Shown: one piece after another, positions 42,626 through 52,270 of the stretch
Numbering within the stretch: position 1 is the first letter of the stretch
Layout: the number at the start of each line of letters is the position of its first letter
From: a virus
Taxonomy: Duplodnaviria; Heunggongvirae; Uroviricota; Caudoviricetes
Strand: one strand, 5' to 3'
Virus record (IMG/VR): IMGVR_UViG_3300023082_000008
Coordinates: 1 to 64,000 of that record
DNA: 64,000 bases
The notes under the pieces: model-generated
Databases searched by the model: none
What the model was told of the DNA's origin: nothing
The model's input: the letters and a program-made list of their open reading frames with translations, nothing else
Position numbers and translations under genes: made by a program

Positions 42626-42818
42626 AGTAAGCAATGGTGCAAGGATCAAGTGGAACGGCTTCGCCCATCATGTCATCTCTGTACCGCCTCCCAATCTAGA
42701 AAATGCAAAGACCAAGACGCCCATGATGTGTAAGTTCATGCTTGCTACACGCCTGGGACACCACGGTACCGTCATTGAGATTGCCGTACCCTTCGATGAA
42801 GAAATGGAAGTACTATGA
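42612..42818 (+). CDS. hypothetical protein
   Basis: 68-aa ORF. Confidence 0.45.
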   Translation: MLAYEVSNGARIKWNGFAHHVISVPPPNLENAKTKTPMMCKFMLATRLGHHGTVIEIAVPFDEEMEVL

Positions 42819-43183
42819 GAAAGACACTTACTTATGATGACGCCGTTGCACTGCTAGATCGTGCTGTAGCCGAAAAGGGTGCCGACTATGTGTATCCCGA
42901 GGAAGAGAAGCGTGAGGGCGGGGAATTTGGCAGTATGATGTGTCAGTACCGCACCGATAGTGGTGGACCCTCATGCATCATCGGATTCGTCGGCAACTAC
43001 CTCGGCGTGCTGGACCAATTCACCGAAGCCAAGCCCGGTGTAGAAAACCTCAAGAATGCAGGGTACGATTTTGATAATCGCACATATGCTCTGCTTGATG
43101 AGTCCCAGTCAGATCAGGACTGGGGTATTACTTGGGGAGAATCTGTCGAGCGGGCAAAGAACCACGTATCGAACGGGCTATGA
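42815..43183 (+). CDS. hypothetical protein
   Basis: 122-aa ORF with ATGA overlap. Confidence 0.5.
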   Translation: MRKTLTYDDAVALLDRAVAEKGADYVYPEEEKREGGEFGSMMCQYRTDSGGPSCIIGFVGNYLGVLDQFTEAKPGVENLKNAGYDFDNRTYALLDESQSDQDWGITWGESVERAKNHVSNGL

Positions 43184-43243
43184 TAACATGAAAGATCGTG
43201 CTATGGGTAAACTCGGTATGTGTCTGCTCAAGGTGTTGAGAGA

Positions 43244-43474
43244 ATGACTTCGCTATGGATTGAAGGATATGCGGCTACCGGCGACGGTGGTCCAGCACAA
43301 TACCTTGGAGAATATGAGGGTGAATACTTCGAGGCGGTAGCCAAATGGGCTATTGAGAAGAACTCAAGGCAGGAATGGGGCACACTGCGTTATGACACAG
43401 ACACAAAGGTCTGGTCAGCGTGGGGCTGTCGCATCTTCGACAATGAGTCAGAGGCTAGGAGCGCATTCGGGTGA
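43244..43474 (+). CDS. hypothetical protein
   Basis: ATG at 43244 after AAGGTG. The track GTG at 43220 is an alternative. Confidence 0.45.
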   Translation: MTSLWIEGYAATGDGGPAQYLGEYEGEYFEAVAKWAIEKNSRQEWGTLRYDTDTKVWSAWGCRIFDNESEARSAFG

Positions 43475-43848
43475 TCGCATGGATAATCCTTGCTCATCTT
43501 GTAGGGGACTACCTTTTACAAACTGACTGGATGGCTCAGGAAAAAACTAAACGTTGGCTACCGGCCATTCTGCACGGTCTGGCGTACACTCTACCGTTCT
43601 TGTTGATCACAACCTCGCCATGGGCGTTGCTGGTCATTGGTGGCACACACATTGTAATCGACCGGTACAGACTGGCCAAGCATGTGGTATGGTTCAAGAA
43701 CCAGTTGCAGCCCAAGCGTTATCGTCCAGGCCACACTCCGACCGGTATGCTAGAAGAGACACCTGACTGGTTGGCCTACTGGCTACTCTTTATCCAAGAT
43801 AACATTATCCATATTCTAATCAACGTATTGGCGGTAGTATACCTATGA
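43471..43848 (+). CDS. DUF3307-like membrane protein
   Basis: AHLVGDYLLQTDWMA followed by TM helices. 125 aa. Confidence 0.45.
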   Translation: MIAWIILAHLVGDYLLQTDWMAQEKTKRWLPAILHGLAYTLPFLLITTSPWALLVIGGTHIVIDRYRLAKHVVWFKNQLQPKRYRPGHTPTGMLEETPDWLAYWLLFIQDNIIHILINVLAVVYL

Positions 43849-43984
43849 CAAATATTGAATTTAGATTCCCCGGTGGGCGTTGGGAGCCCGTGCCACCCCA
43901 GTACACAGTCACCCAAGCATTTATTATGTACGCTAACTATGATCTTCGTGTAGAGGGAGAAATCTACTTAGCACAGGGAGAAGA

Positions 43985-44656
43985 ATGACAAACAACCCAT
44001 TCAGCGATATTTTTGGGGAAGAGCCCAAAAATACAGGGCCAATCGTGAAGAATGCACCCGCAAACTTCATGGTTTTGAACCAACTCAACCCTTTCTTGGC
44101 AGGGACAAAGGGATTTGTGGCTGGTGGAGTGTTCAAAAACATCTTTACGCAGACACCTTTTAGAGATGTCGACGTATTCTTTCGCTCGGAGGCTGACTTC
44201 AACGAGGCTGACCGTGATTTTGAGGACATTCAAAACCTAGAATTGATTTATGAGAACGACAAGGTACGTGCATTCCGTAAGAACGGTGTGCGTGTTGAGT
44301 TGATTCGTCACACATTTGGTGAGCCACAGGACTTGCTGACCAACTTTGACTTCACAATTACGAAGTTTGCGTATGGTTTTGCTCTTCCTGACCCCAATTC
44401 CACTGAAAAAGTGCAGATTACACCTCGTTTTGTATGGCATCACGAAGATTTCTTCGAGCACTTGGCCATGAAGCGCCTTGTGATTGATGATAGACTGGTT
44501 TTGCCTGTCAATTCTTGGGAAAGATCGTACAAGTATGCTCGTCAAGGCTACAATCTGTGCAAGGACAGCAAGATTACCCTGCTCAGTGAGATTATTCGAC
44601 GCGGACCGGTAGAGGAAAGCGATCTACAGGCTGGCCTATACGCAGGGATTGACTAA
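43985..44656 (+). CDS. Pol-beta-superfamily nucleotidyltransferase (second NTase, distinct from the CCA enzyme)
   Basis: GFVAGGVFKNIFTQTPFRDVDVFF fits the hG[GS]-x(9-13)-Dh[DE]h NTase signature. 223 aa. Confidence 0.55.
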   Translation: MTNNPFSDIFGEEPKNTGPIVKNAPANFMVLNQLNPFLAGTKGFVAGGVFKNIFTQTPFRDVDVFFRSEADFNEADRDFEDIQNLELIYENDKVRAFRKNGVRVELIRHTFGEPQDLLTNFDFTITKFAYGFALPDPNSTEKVQITPRFVWHHEDFFEHLAMKRLVIDDRLVLPVNSWERSYKYARQGYNLCKDSKITLLSEIIRRGPVEESDLQAGLYAGID

Positions 44657-44814
44657 ATGATCACTAACAATGAGTTCTATCGCTGGAAGACCATGTATTT
44701 GGCTAATCGCTACCGCTTTGTGGCCAGGCGTGGTCATCTTATGTCTGCTGATTACAGGCAAGGAATGTTGGATGCGCTAAAACATCTCGAAAATAACATG
44801 AGAATTGAGGGATC

Positions 44815-45099
44815 GTGAATAAAGTAGTGGCCGGTAGTTTAAATGGCTCACATCTAGGACGCCTTTTGTCTAAAGACGAAATTGCTAAGACAACGGGACT
44901 GCTCCCTCTTCAAGGACACTTTTGGTATGGAATTATCACAAATATTCAGCATACCAAGGATGGTTCGGTGACAGTTCTGTTAAGCATTCCTCCAAAGATG
45001 CAGGATTTGAAGAAAATCGTCTCTAATCGTAATCCTTATACAAGACAGCATCACATGTACTTGTCTCAGGATCAGGAAATTGAGTTAGTGGCATCGTGA
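44815..45099 (+). CDS. hypothetical protein
   Basis: 94-aa ORF. Confidence 0.45.
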   Translation: MNKVVAGSLNGSHLGRLLSKDEIAKTTGLLPLQGHFWYGIITNIQHTKDGSVTVLLSIPPKMQDLKKIVSNRNPYTRQHHMYLSQDQEIELVAS

Positions 45100-45512
45100 A
45101 ACGTTTACTAATTACCGGCTCGCGTAATTTTACAGACGCGAATGCAATGACAATCTATCTTCGTGGTGCGTATCGCAAACTCAAACGAGATATCAAAATT
45201 CTTGAGGGAGTTGTTGCACCGATCACTCTGGTGTCAGGGAACGCACCCGGTGCCGATCTAATGGCTGAGGATATTTGGAGCCGGTATGTCAGCACCGAAT
45301 TAATCGAACGCTGGCCAGCCAAGGATTTTTCTCACCCGCTTAAGCGCAACGATCACATGGTAGGTCTCGGTGCTGATATGTGTGTGGCCTTTCCAACGTG
45401 GTGCGTGCAACTCAAGTGCAAAGGCAGACCGAAGCACTACAGCCATGGCACAGACTACACGATCAAAAAAGCACAGACCGCAGGTATTGACACACGCGTT
45501 CTCATGCCCTAG
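45096..45512 (+). CDS. SLOG/DUF2493-like Rossmann-fold protein
   Basis: LLITGSRNF...VSGNAPGADLMA resembles the YspA/DprA-like SLOG nucleotide-binding core. Confidence 0.45.
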   Translation: MKRLLITGSRNFTDANAMTIYLRGAYRKLKRDIKILEGVVAPITLVSGNAPGADLMAEDIWSRYVSTELIERWPAKDFSHPLKRNDHMVGLGADMCVAFPTWCVQLKCKGRPKHYSHGTDYTIKKAQTAGIDTRVLMP

Positions 45513-45514
45513 AC
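45486..45514 (+). promoter_or_regulatory. promoter TTGACA-17-TAGACT
   Basis: TTGACA 45486-45491, TAGACT 45509-45514. Confidence 0.5.
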
Positions 45515-45544
45515 TGGTGGCACACCAACGAACTAGGAGTGACT

Positions 45545-45775
45545 ATGATTAAGGTCCAGTACGTCATGAGATACCTGAACGGTCTGTACGTGCAGCGTGA
45601 TGACTCTACCGGCCCCATGTCCACCGGAGGCTACCCGACCCCCGTTCCCGACATCGAGGACGCGACGGTATGGGACGATCTTGAGTCTGCCATGAAGTAC
45701 CAGCAGATGTTTATTCGATCTACTCCATTCGAAATCTTTCAGGTCACTGTTACCTACAGCGTGGAGGCTATCTGA
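45545..45775 (+). CDS. hypothetical protein
   Basis: ATG at 45545 after AGGAGTG. Confidence 0.5.
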   Translation: MIKVQYVMRYLNGLYVQRDDSTGPMSTGGYPTPVPDIEDATVWDDLESAMKYQQMFIRSTPFEIFQVTVTYSVEAI

Positions 45776-45935
45776 TGGACACTTGGCATTACCAACTCGG
45801 TAGCCCAGCCACGACGACCCAGACCCAAGGCACCGTTCAGGCGGTAGACTGGTACGGTGCGCTTAACGAAGTGACCAGGGTCATCAAGGACTCGGGTCTT
45901 GAGCCCAACGAGGTTTACGTTTGGAGTGATGACGC

Positions 45936-46202
45936 GTGAGTAATTCAGCCAAGGACGTTTCAGGAATGCTCTGGGACGATATTCGCAAGACCTTGCGTGA
46001 CGCCGAGAAAGGGGTATTCACCAGGGATGATTACTGGAACCTGGTTCATCTGATTAACGATTATGGATTTGCCATGCAGGTCGCCGGTATCCGTGGAGAA
46101 GTCCATTCAGAAGCCAGAGAGCGCGTGTTCTCCAACATTATGGGTGCAACTCCCGGTGTTGATGCTCGTGAAGATAGGGAGAAGTACAACTATGGCGGTT
46201 GA
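45936..46202 (+). CDS. hypothetical protein
   Basis: 88-aa ORF. Confidence 0.45.
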   Translation: MSNSAKDVSGMLWDDIRKTLRDAEKGVFTRDDYWNLVHLINDYGFAMQVAGIRGEVHSEARERVFSNIMGATPGVDAREDREKYNYGG

Positions 46203-46206
46203 GCGT

Positions 46207-46491
46207 ATGATCTGTTGTGGCGAACTGACCCACGTGTACGGTGACGCTGGTAATCGCCCACACGCAAAGAACTGCAAGAATTACAACCCTCGCAAGATGG
46301 ACATTGAGACGTTCCTGACCGAGTACCCTGAGCGCCTGCGCCGTCAACTCAAGTCGCTAGAGGTCAAGGCGCAGGAATATGAGCGTTCCTATGGTGGAGG
46401 TGGCTACGATCCGTCAGAACTGACCCGCATTGCCGGTAAGATCGAGGGAATCAATATTGCCCTGTCCAACTGGTCGGAGATGTGCCAGTAG
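46207..46491 (+). CDS. hypothetical protein
   Basis: ATG at 46207 (MICCGELTHVY...). Confidence 0.45.
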   Translation: MICCGELTHVYGDAGNRPHAKNCKNYNPRKMDIETFLTEYPERLRRQLKSLEVKAQEYERSYGGGGYDPSELTRIAGKIEGINIALSNWSEMCQ

Positions 46492-46645
46492 TGGCTAGGT
46501 CAGGATGGTGCATCGAGAACACCAAGCACACCGAAGAACTAGAGGCGTGCAAGTGGGATAAGTGTGATTGCAAATGCCATAACGCCAACGGTACCGGCAT
46601 CAACCCAACAAAGCGCAAGCCCACCAAGAGAAAAGGTAAGTACTA

Positions 46646-46825
46646 ATGTTCGTTCTGTTCATCATTGCAGCAGTTATCGCTGGTCTTCAAGGCATTGTTC
46701 GTATCTTCAATATGATTGTTGCAATTGAGGAAGACCTTGAGGATGAGTTTACTTCGGCCTTCTTTGGGTTCGTCTGGGCAGTGTTCTTTGTCGTTATGTT
46801 CATTCTGGCAGCGATACATGTTTAA
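46646..46825 (+). CDS. small membrane protein (59 aa)
   Basis: Two hydrophobic helices and an AAAAGGTAAG ribosome-binding site. Confidence 0.4.
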   Translation: MFVLFIIAAVIAGLQGIVRIFNMIVAIEEDLEDEFTSAFFGFVWAVFFVVMFILAAIHV

Positions 46826-46996
46826 GCGTTATCAAACATTGGGGCTGATTACACTACCTGAGCCACCAGACACTACCATCCGTCGTGCTCACTTGACAAT
46901 CTATGGTGGTCTATGGCATCGTAGAAGTATGATCCGACTGTACCGCCAGCGGTACGGGAGGCATCATGTCATTGTACACAAATCTAGGAGAAAATC

Positions 46997-47254
46997 ATGA
47001 CAGAGTTTCGAGCGAAGCACGGCAAGGTGCTCATTAACCTTACCGATGTACCTTCTCCACCTGACAATGTATACTCAGAACTCCTAAAGGAAGAGGCTAG
47101 CCGATACCGCCCCACATGGGACGCGTCTACTTTTTGGAATATTGTCAATTCTCTGGTTGATTTTGGGTACATTGAAATTGTCAATGATGTTGAATTGAAA
47201 CTGACCAACGATGGAAAGTTTCGCAGAGAATTCTTCATCAAAGAACAGGATTGA
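46997..47254 (+). CDS. hypothetical protein
   Basis: 85-aa ORF. Confidence 0.45.
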   Translation: MTEFRAKHGKVLINLTDVPSPPDNVYSELLKEEASRYRPTWDASTFWNIVNSLVDFGYIEIVNDVELKLTNDGKFRREFFIKEQD

Positions 47255-47269
47255 TGTTACAATAGTTCT

Positions 47270-47485
47270 ATGAGCCTTTTTAGAACACAGGAAGAACTAG
47301 TGGGACACGTCTCACAGATAATGGAAGCAAATGGTTGGCATAAGGAATGGGTAAACATTTCCACCGCTGGCACATGCCTCATTAGATGGTCCAAGGCAGG
47401 TTACGATTTCACCATGTCGTTGGAAGACATGCTTGGACTTGATGGTACACCCCTTCCAGATGTTTCAGACTTACTCGTAGACTAA
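47270..47485 (+). CDS. hypothetical protein
   Basis: 71-aa ORF. Confidence 0.45.
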   Translation: MSLFRTQEELVGHVSQIMEANGWHKEWVNISTAGTCLIRWSKAGYDFTMSLEDMLGLDGTPLPDVSDLLVD

Positions 47486-47494
47486 GGATCAATC

Positions 47495-47749
47495 ATGGAA
47501 TTCAAGGATGGCGACCGCGTACATGGCCAATACGGTAACGTGTGGGAACGCCGCAGCGGACGATGGGTCAATGTAGAGACAGCGTCTCCGTTGACTTCAT
47601 GTTCAGACTCAACAATGGAATACCTGTTGGGTCTTAAAGTCGACTACCCAAAGCCTACCGAAACCAAAGGTCCGAAGAAACTCTCCAAAAGCGCGCCGGT
47701 AGAAGTTCCTATTTACGTTTACAAGTTCACTCTTAAGCAGGGAGAGTAA
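47495..47749 (+). CDS. hypothetical protein
   Basis: 84-aa ORF. Confidence 0.45.
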   Translation: MEFKDGDRVHGQYGNVWERRSGRWVNVETASPLTSCSDSTMEYLLGLKVDYPKPTETKGPKKLSKSAPVEVPIYVYKFTLKQGE

Positions 47750-47979
47750 TGTCAACTTCAACACTGGAAATGATTGAAACCAACAAGAATGCAGAAATCA
47801 ATGATATTGCTCATTTGTACTGCGGAGAATGCTACCCTTACGACCCAGACTGCACACACGCCATGTGTGGTCATGAGTTTGAATCAGAATGGGCCGATGA
47901 CAGCGCGATAGAAGACGATGAATGCGTTGTTTGTGTAGATTTGTTTGAAACGCATTGTTATAGGGAGCACGGGGAATGA
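47749..47979 (+). CDS. Cys-rich hypothetical protein
   Basis: 76-aa ORF with several Cys pairs. Confidence 0.45.
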   Translation: MSTSTLEMIETNKNAEINDIAHLYCGECYPYDPDCTHAMCGHEFESEWADDSAIEDDECVVCVDLFETHCYREHGE

Positions 47980-48266
47980 TCGTGCATATTGGTCGTTCGT
48001 GGGAGCCAGACCAGCATCTAGAGATTGCTTGCCCTTGTCCAAAGGCCCCTTGCGGACTCGTATTAATGTCGGGGACTAATGATCCAGACATTATTTACTG
48101 TGAGCAGCACGACCCTGCTGAGGCCCGCACAATGCGCCAGATTCATAATGACACTCACTGTCCTTCCATGGATCATGCAATTTCTGAGGAAGCCGCAGCC
48201 CAATGGAGAGAATGGGCGGTAGAGCAAGGTGCAGAGGTTGTTGACACGTCCGATCTGTTCCGCTAG
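47976..48266 (+). CDS. Cys-rich hypothetical protein
   Basis: 96-aa ORF with CPCPKAPCG. Confidence 0.45.
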   Translation: MIVHIGRSWEPDQHLEIACPCPKAPCGLVLMSGTNDPDIIYCEQHDPAEARTMRQIHNDTHCPSMDHAISEEAAAQWREWAVEQGAEVVDTSDLFR

Positions 48267-48269
48267 ACT
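48241..48269 (+). promoter_or_regulatory. promoter TTGACA-17-TAGACT
   Basis: TTGACA 48241-48246, TAGACT 48264-48269. Confidence 0.5.
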
Positions 48270-48296
48270 GTAGTCACACAGACCTTAGGAGAAATT

Positions 48297-48680
48297 ATGG
48301 ATGTTAAGTCATTCGAGCAGGTTCAAGAGCCTAGCAGCGAGAATGTGCAGATGGTTCATGCCTTCACCCTTGGTCGTCAGGACCGCACGCTCGTCTATGG
48401 CTATACCCTTGAGCGTGAGACGTTTCACGTGTATGTGCGCGGTGGAGAGATTCATGTGCACATCTACAATCACAGGGGAGAGACGCTCAGCCACATTCAT
48501 GGTGATGAGTTGCCTGCTGAGGCTTTACGTCCATCCAAGCGTGCATACCCGGCTCTTACTGAGTATGCTTTTGCTCAGTATATGAAGAGCATTGGTTTTC
48601 CGTTAACGTTTACTACATTCAACCAGAATCAGTACGACAAGAACCTTTTCGCTACTTACTATGGAAAGTTGGCCCCATGA
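48297..48680 (+). CDS. hypothetical protein
   Basis: 127-aa ORF. Confidence 0.5.
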   Translation: MDVKSFEQVQEPSSENVQMVHAFTLGRQDRTLVYGYTLERETFHVYVRGGEIHVHIYNHRGETLSHIHGDELPAEALRPSKRAYPALTEYAFAQYMKSIGFPLTFTTFNQNQYDKNLFATYYGKLAP

Positions 48681-48847
48681 GCGATTCATCTATTTTTGCT
48701 GTTGCACGGTCCATTCAAGATATGGCTCAGCAGAAGCGCGTCGAAAACATTCTTGAACTGGCCAGCATGTATAATGCCAAGGGTAATCGAAGACTGGCTG
48801 AGTCCTACATGACCAGGGCAGGCGAAGAACTTGGACTGAACACATGA
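48677..48847 (+). CDS. small hypothetical protein
   Basis: 56-aa ORF with ATGA overlaps on both sides. Confidence 0.35.
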   Translation: MSDSSIFAVARSIQDMAQQKRVENILELASMYNAKGNRRLAESYMTRAGEELGLNT

Positions 48848-49047
48848 GGACCGAGGAGTTGACCAAGCGCTTGCATGATCTGCGCATGGCTCAGGAGATT
48901 TTCATTCGACAGGGTGATATCAAGTCTGCTATGATCATGACGGTTGCGATTGGCGAGGCCAGTCGTGAGTCAAGCAATTCGAATCGTCGTGCGCGGTACC
49001 TAGAGTATCAGAACAGGAAGCGTCACTATGAGCCTGCGAGGCATTGA
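48844..49047 (+). CDS. hypothetical protein
   Basis: 67-aa ORF. Confidence 0.4.
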   Translation: MRTEELTKRLHDLRMAQEIFIRQGDIKSAMIMTVAIGEASRESSNSNRRARYLEYQNRKRHYEPARH

Positions 49048-49228
49048 AAGTCAACTTAGACGCATTGCTAACGCTTTAGAGGTAATGGCCGGTACAGAAA
49101 GTACCGCTCAAATAAGAGTGCGCCGTCAGAGACAAACAGAGCGAGAAATCTACGGCAATCCTGACATAGCATGCGGCAAGCAAATTTGTGGCCTAGGAGA
49201 TGGTCACCTAGGAAAGTGCAGGTATTAG
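49028..49228 (+). CDS. hypothetical protein
   Basis: 66-aa ORF. Confidence 0.35.
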   Translation: MSLRGIESQLRRIANALEVMAGTESTAQIRVRRQRQTEREIYGNPDIACGKQICGLGDGHLGKCRY

Positions 49229-49510
49229 ATGGCGATCATGGATACTGACTTCGATTTTTTCACTTTTGAAGATTTGGATGTGGAGTGTGAAGCGCTTCAT
49301 CACGAAAAGTATGGGAATGGACCTGCTATTGCATTGGTTACTAAAATTCATCCTTGTTGCGGATACAAGAATAATTACTACTTTTGTGCAGGATGCGTTT
49401 TCGATATTACCACTTCAACAAAGCAAATTATTCATAGCCTAGGCCCTCGGCCTTGTGGTGGACGTTACACGCCCAAAAAGATTGCTGTCAAGAAAGTAGA
49501 GTACTTATGA
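49229..49510 (+). CDS. Cys-rich hypothetical protein
   Basis: 93-aa ORF with HPCCGYKNNYYFCAGC. Confidence 0.45.
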   Translation: MAIMDTDFDFFTFEDLDVECEALHHEKYGNGPAIALVTKIHPCCGYKNNYYFCAGCVFDITTSTKQIIHSLGPRPCGGRYTPKKIAVKKVEYL

Positions 49511-49698
49511 ATAAATATGAACTGTGGACGGAGCAGGACGGTATTGAGTGCAAGAGTCTAGTTAATGACCTAATGCCCGAAGAACTAGAGACGCTTGAGA
49601 GCGCCCAGAATATTGCTAACGAAATGAACGCCGTCGCGGTAGAGAAGAGAGACCCCGACGATCGCATGTTCTATTTCGTCAAGGAAATCCTAGAGTGA
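49507..49698 (+). CDS. hypothetical protein
   Basis: ATG at 49507 with ATGA overlap. Confidence 0.4.
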   Translation: MNKYELWTEQDGIECKSLVNDLMPEELETLESAQNIANEMNAVAVEKRDPDDRMFYFVKEILE

Positions 49699-49958
49699 TG
49701 AATGAGAAGTTGGAAGAGTACTGGCTTGTCACCTACCGCACGCTAGAGCGTGTAAAGACTGAGATGAGCCACATGGGTGATCACTGGGACGCTGTTAATT
49801 TAGGTGAGTGGGAGACGCTACCTCATAATTTTGAAGCCCGTCAATCCGCTGCTGCGGCCTTCTGGGCGTACGTTGATCAAGGATACGACTGTCGATTCAA
49901 GCACGTTCTGGTGAGAAAGGAAATCACCAACGAGCCTGCTCCACAGAGGCCCAAGTGA
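49695..49958 (+). CDS. hypothetical protein
   Basis: 87-aa ORF. Confidence 0.45.
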   Translation: MMNEKLEEYWLVTYRTLERVKTEMSHMGDHWDAVNLGEWETLPHNFEARQSAAAAFWAYVDQGYDCRFKHVLVRKEITNEPAPQRPK

Positions 49959-50164
49959 ACGAGGAATACCTTCTTCGTATTCGATTTTGTCAGGCGGCAC
50001 GCACAACACGTCATGCCATTGCTGACGAACTGGGATATAACCCACCAAAGGCGGGCGGTAGCGATTTCGGTTGGGACGGAGAAGTTTTAAGACTCATAAA
50101 AGAAAACAATCAGATGGACCGCCTTAAACGAATACTAATTAAGAGAGGGATTCTACGTGACTGA
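49955..50164 (+). CDS. hypothetical protein
   Basis: 69-aa ORF. Confidence 0.4.
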   Translation: MNEEYLLRIRFCQAARTTRHAIADELGYNPPKAGGSDFGWDGEVLRLIKENNQMDRLKRILIKRGILRD

Positions 50165-50319
50165 CGAAAAGTGGGCCGGTAGAATTTGTATTATGTGTAA
50201 CGGTACGGGCATCCATCACATTCTTGATCCCGACACACCTCCCATGACAACAACGCGCCGTGACATAGCGACCAATCTTAATTGCCCAACATGCAATGGA
50301 CATGGAAGGGAACCAGCGG

Positions 50320-50523
50320 ATGACTGATTTTGAGTATGAGATGTTTGAGATGCGTAAGGCCAAGACATACGCTATTGAAAATCAGGTGTCAGTCATGTTC
50401 ACTCACAAAACCAAAGGCGCTCAGAGGTGCCACTGCGGGCGGTACAAAGGCAGGCAAGGGCCCTGCTCCTTAGAGTTCAAAGTATACAGAGACGGATCAT
50501 TCATGGGATGGGAACACTATTGA
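50320..50523 (+). CDS. hypothetical protein
   Basis: ATG at 50320. Confidence 0.4.
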   Translation: MTDFEYEMFEMRKAKTYAIENQVSVMFTHKTKGAQRCHCGRYKGRQGPCSLEFKVYRDGSFMGWEHY

Positions 50524-50620
50524 TGAAGAGACTCATTAACCGCATACGCAATCACTGGCGAAAGCATTGGGCCATGGAACCAGAAGAGATTCATGATGCT
50601 TCCAGATGGGGTGATAGGTA

Positions 50621-50950
50621 ATGCCTAGCACAACCAAGCATGTGTGTATTAAGCACAGAACCGTCAACAAGCCATGCTGTGATGAACCCAAGGCCAGCAC
50701 GCATCACTCGTGGAGACCTCCAAAGAAGAACGACGACAGGGCATGGAAGCGCATTGAAAATGGTGACTGGCTCTGGGATCACCGTATTATTGACAGTCGT
50801 CAGGAGGGCGGTAGAATGAGACTAGACCCAGATCGTTGGACCGAGGGCGGATTTAATGGCTACAATCATTGGGCAGAATGGATGAGAGAGTCAGCACCCT
50901 ACATGTCGCGGGAAATGAAAGCAGCATGGTACAGGAGTCTCAATGATTGA
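50621..50950 (+). CDS. hypothetical protein
   Basis: 109-aa ORF, Trp-rich. Confidence 0.45.
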   Translation: MPSTTKHVCIKHRTVNKPCCDEPKASTHHSWRPPKKNDDRAWKRIENGDWLWDHRIIDSRQEGGRMRLDPDRWTEGGFNGYNHWAEWMRESAPYMSREMKAAWYRSLND

Positions 50951-51137
50951 TAATTTTCATAATTGTTACGAAGGGCACTGCCCTGACTACCCGTTGATTA
51001 AGGTTATTAACGACGCTATAGAGAAGAGAAAAGACATGTCCAAGGCGTGGGTGGAAGGATACCGTGCTGCTATCAATGACACTGGTGCCATGTACGTTTA
51101 TGAGGTAACTCCAAATCCCTATGAAGATAATGACTGA
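50943..51137 (+). CDS. hypothetical protein
   Basis: 64-aa ORF. Confidence 0.4.
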   Translation: MIDNFHNCYEGHCPDYPLIKVINDAIEKRKDMSKAWVEGYRAAINDTGAMYVYEVTPNPYEDND

Positions 51138-51525
51138 TTTCAAGAACAACAAATACCTGAGTGCCATGTTAGCATGGGGACTTTTGTGCTGGGCATTTCT
51201 GGCCTACAAATTTTGGGGATGGATTTTTCGGTTTGCAATTTTTGAGTTTGAAAATTTCGGTTCTGAATTTTCGGTCACGAAAAACCGGTCAGGAAATTTC
51301 GGTCAGCACAAACCGAGCATGATGGACTGGGAAGCACCAGACGGTGTGCTAGAATTCAGTCATGAAGAAACGGAAGCCCACGTGGCCAAACTCCTAGAAG
51401 AACAGGTGCCCAAGGACGGGCTGGTACAGATGCTACACTCTGGATACAAACCCCAACACTACGACACAACAGACATTCGTATGGTGGTAAGGAAGAACAG
51501 ACGCGGAAAAGGGAGAACATGGTAG
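51121..51525 (+). CDS. membrane-anchored hypothetical protein
   Basis: 134-aa ORF with TM helix LSAMLAWGLLCWAFLAY. Confidence 0.5.
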   Translation: MKIMTDFKNNKYLSAMLAWGLLCWAFLAYKFWGWIFRFAIFEFENFGSEFSVTKNRSGNFGQHKPSMMDWEAPDGVLEFSHEETEAHVAKLLEEQVPKDGLVQMLHSGYKPQHYDTTDIRMVVRKNRRGKGRTW

Positions 51526-51725
51526 TAACGATTGTGGGAGTGGTGCTGCTTGTGATAGCATTCCTGTGCCCACTCATTCATGACATGTTTTTCAATCCAA
51601 AGATCATTGCAGCGAGGCACGAGCGCCAAGAGTGCAGGGCTAGAGCCTTTGATCAGGTGTGGGATGAGAACTGGAAGGGCTCCGATGAAGACAGCCCTGA
51701 TGGATTCAATAACGCCTTGAAGTAG
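51519..51725 (+). CDS. small membrane protein
   Basis: 68-aa ORF with an N-terminal TM helix. Confidence 0.45.
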   Translation: MVVTIVGVVLLVIAFLCPLIHDMFFNPKIIAARHERQECRARAFDQVWDENWKGSDEDSPDGFNNALK

Positions 51726-52192
51726 AGCCGGGCGGTATGAATAGACCAACTGATACATAGAAGAACTAAGAGATGCTATAGAGCATATGCCTGTTTGATA
51801 ACTTAACACAGACTGTCACAACCTCCCACATGTGTTAAGACCTGTGGCTGTGTGCATGACAGTGAAAAGATGCTACTTGTGATCAATGCTTCGCTGTTCT
51901 ACGGACATTGGATACCTAAAAAGAGTCCAATCCAAGTGTAGTTTGTCCAGTATGTGAGATATGATCTATCGAATAACGATAGATAGATATTTAGGTGTAA
52001 TAGATCAATAACATAAAAAGGCTCTTTTTTCCCTCCAATTGCAGTGTTTTTTGGCCATAGCGTTCAAAAGTTGGCCAAAACTGCCACAATTTGTACTAAA
52101 AGTGTAACATTTTGAACATTTTCCACAATTGCGACAAATATAGCCAATTTAGAGGCCAATTAGAGAAATTGTAGCGGCGCCCAGCAGTTTTT

Positions 52193-52270
52193 CAAAATCC
52201 CCAGAAATTCAAAAGACCCTTGTAATATGTACAAAATCCCCAGAAATTTGAAAAGTCCCTGTAATATGTA
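52193..52270 (+). repeat. tandem 39-bp direct repeat (2 copies) in an AT-rich non-coding region
   Basis: CAAAATCCCCAGAAATT(C/T)GAAAAG(A/T)CCCT(T)GTAATATGTA occurs twice in tandem. Confidence 0.7.
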
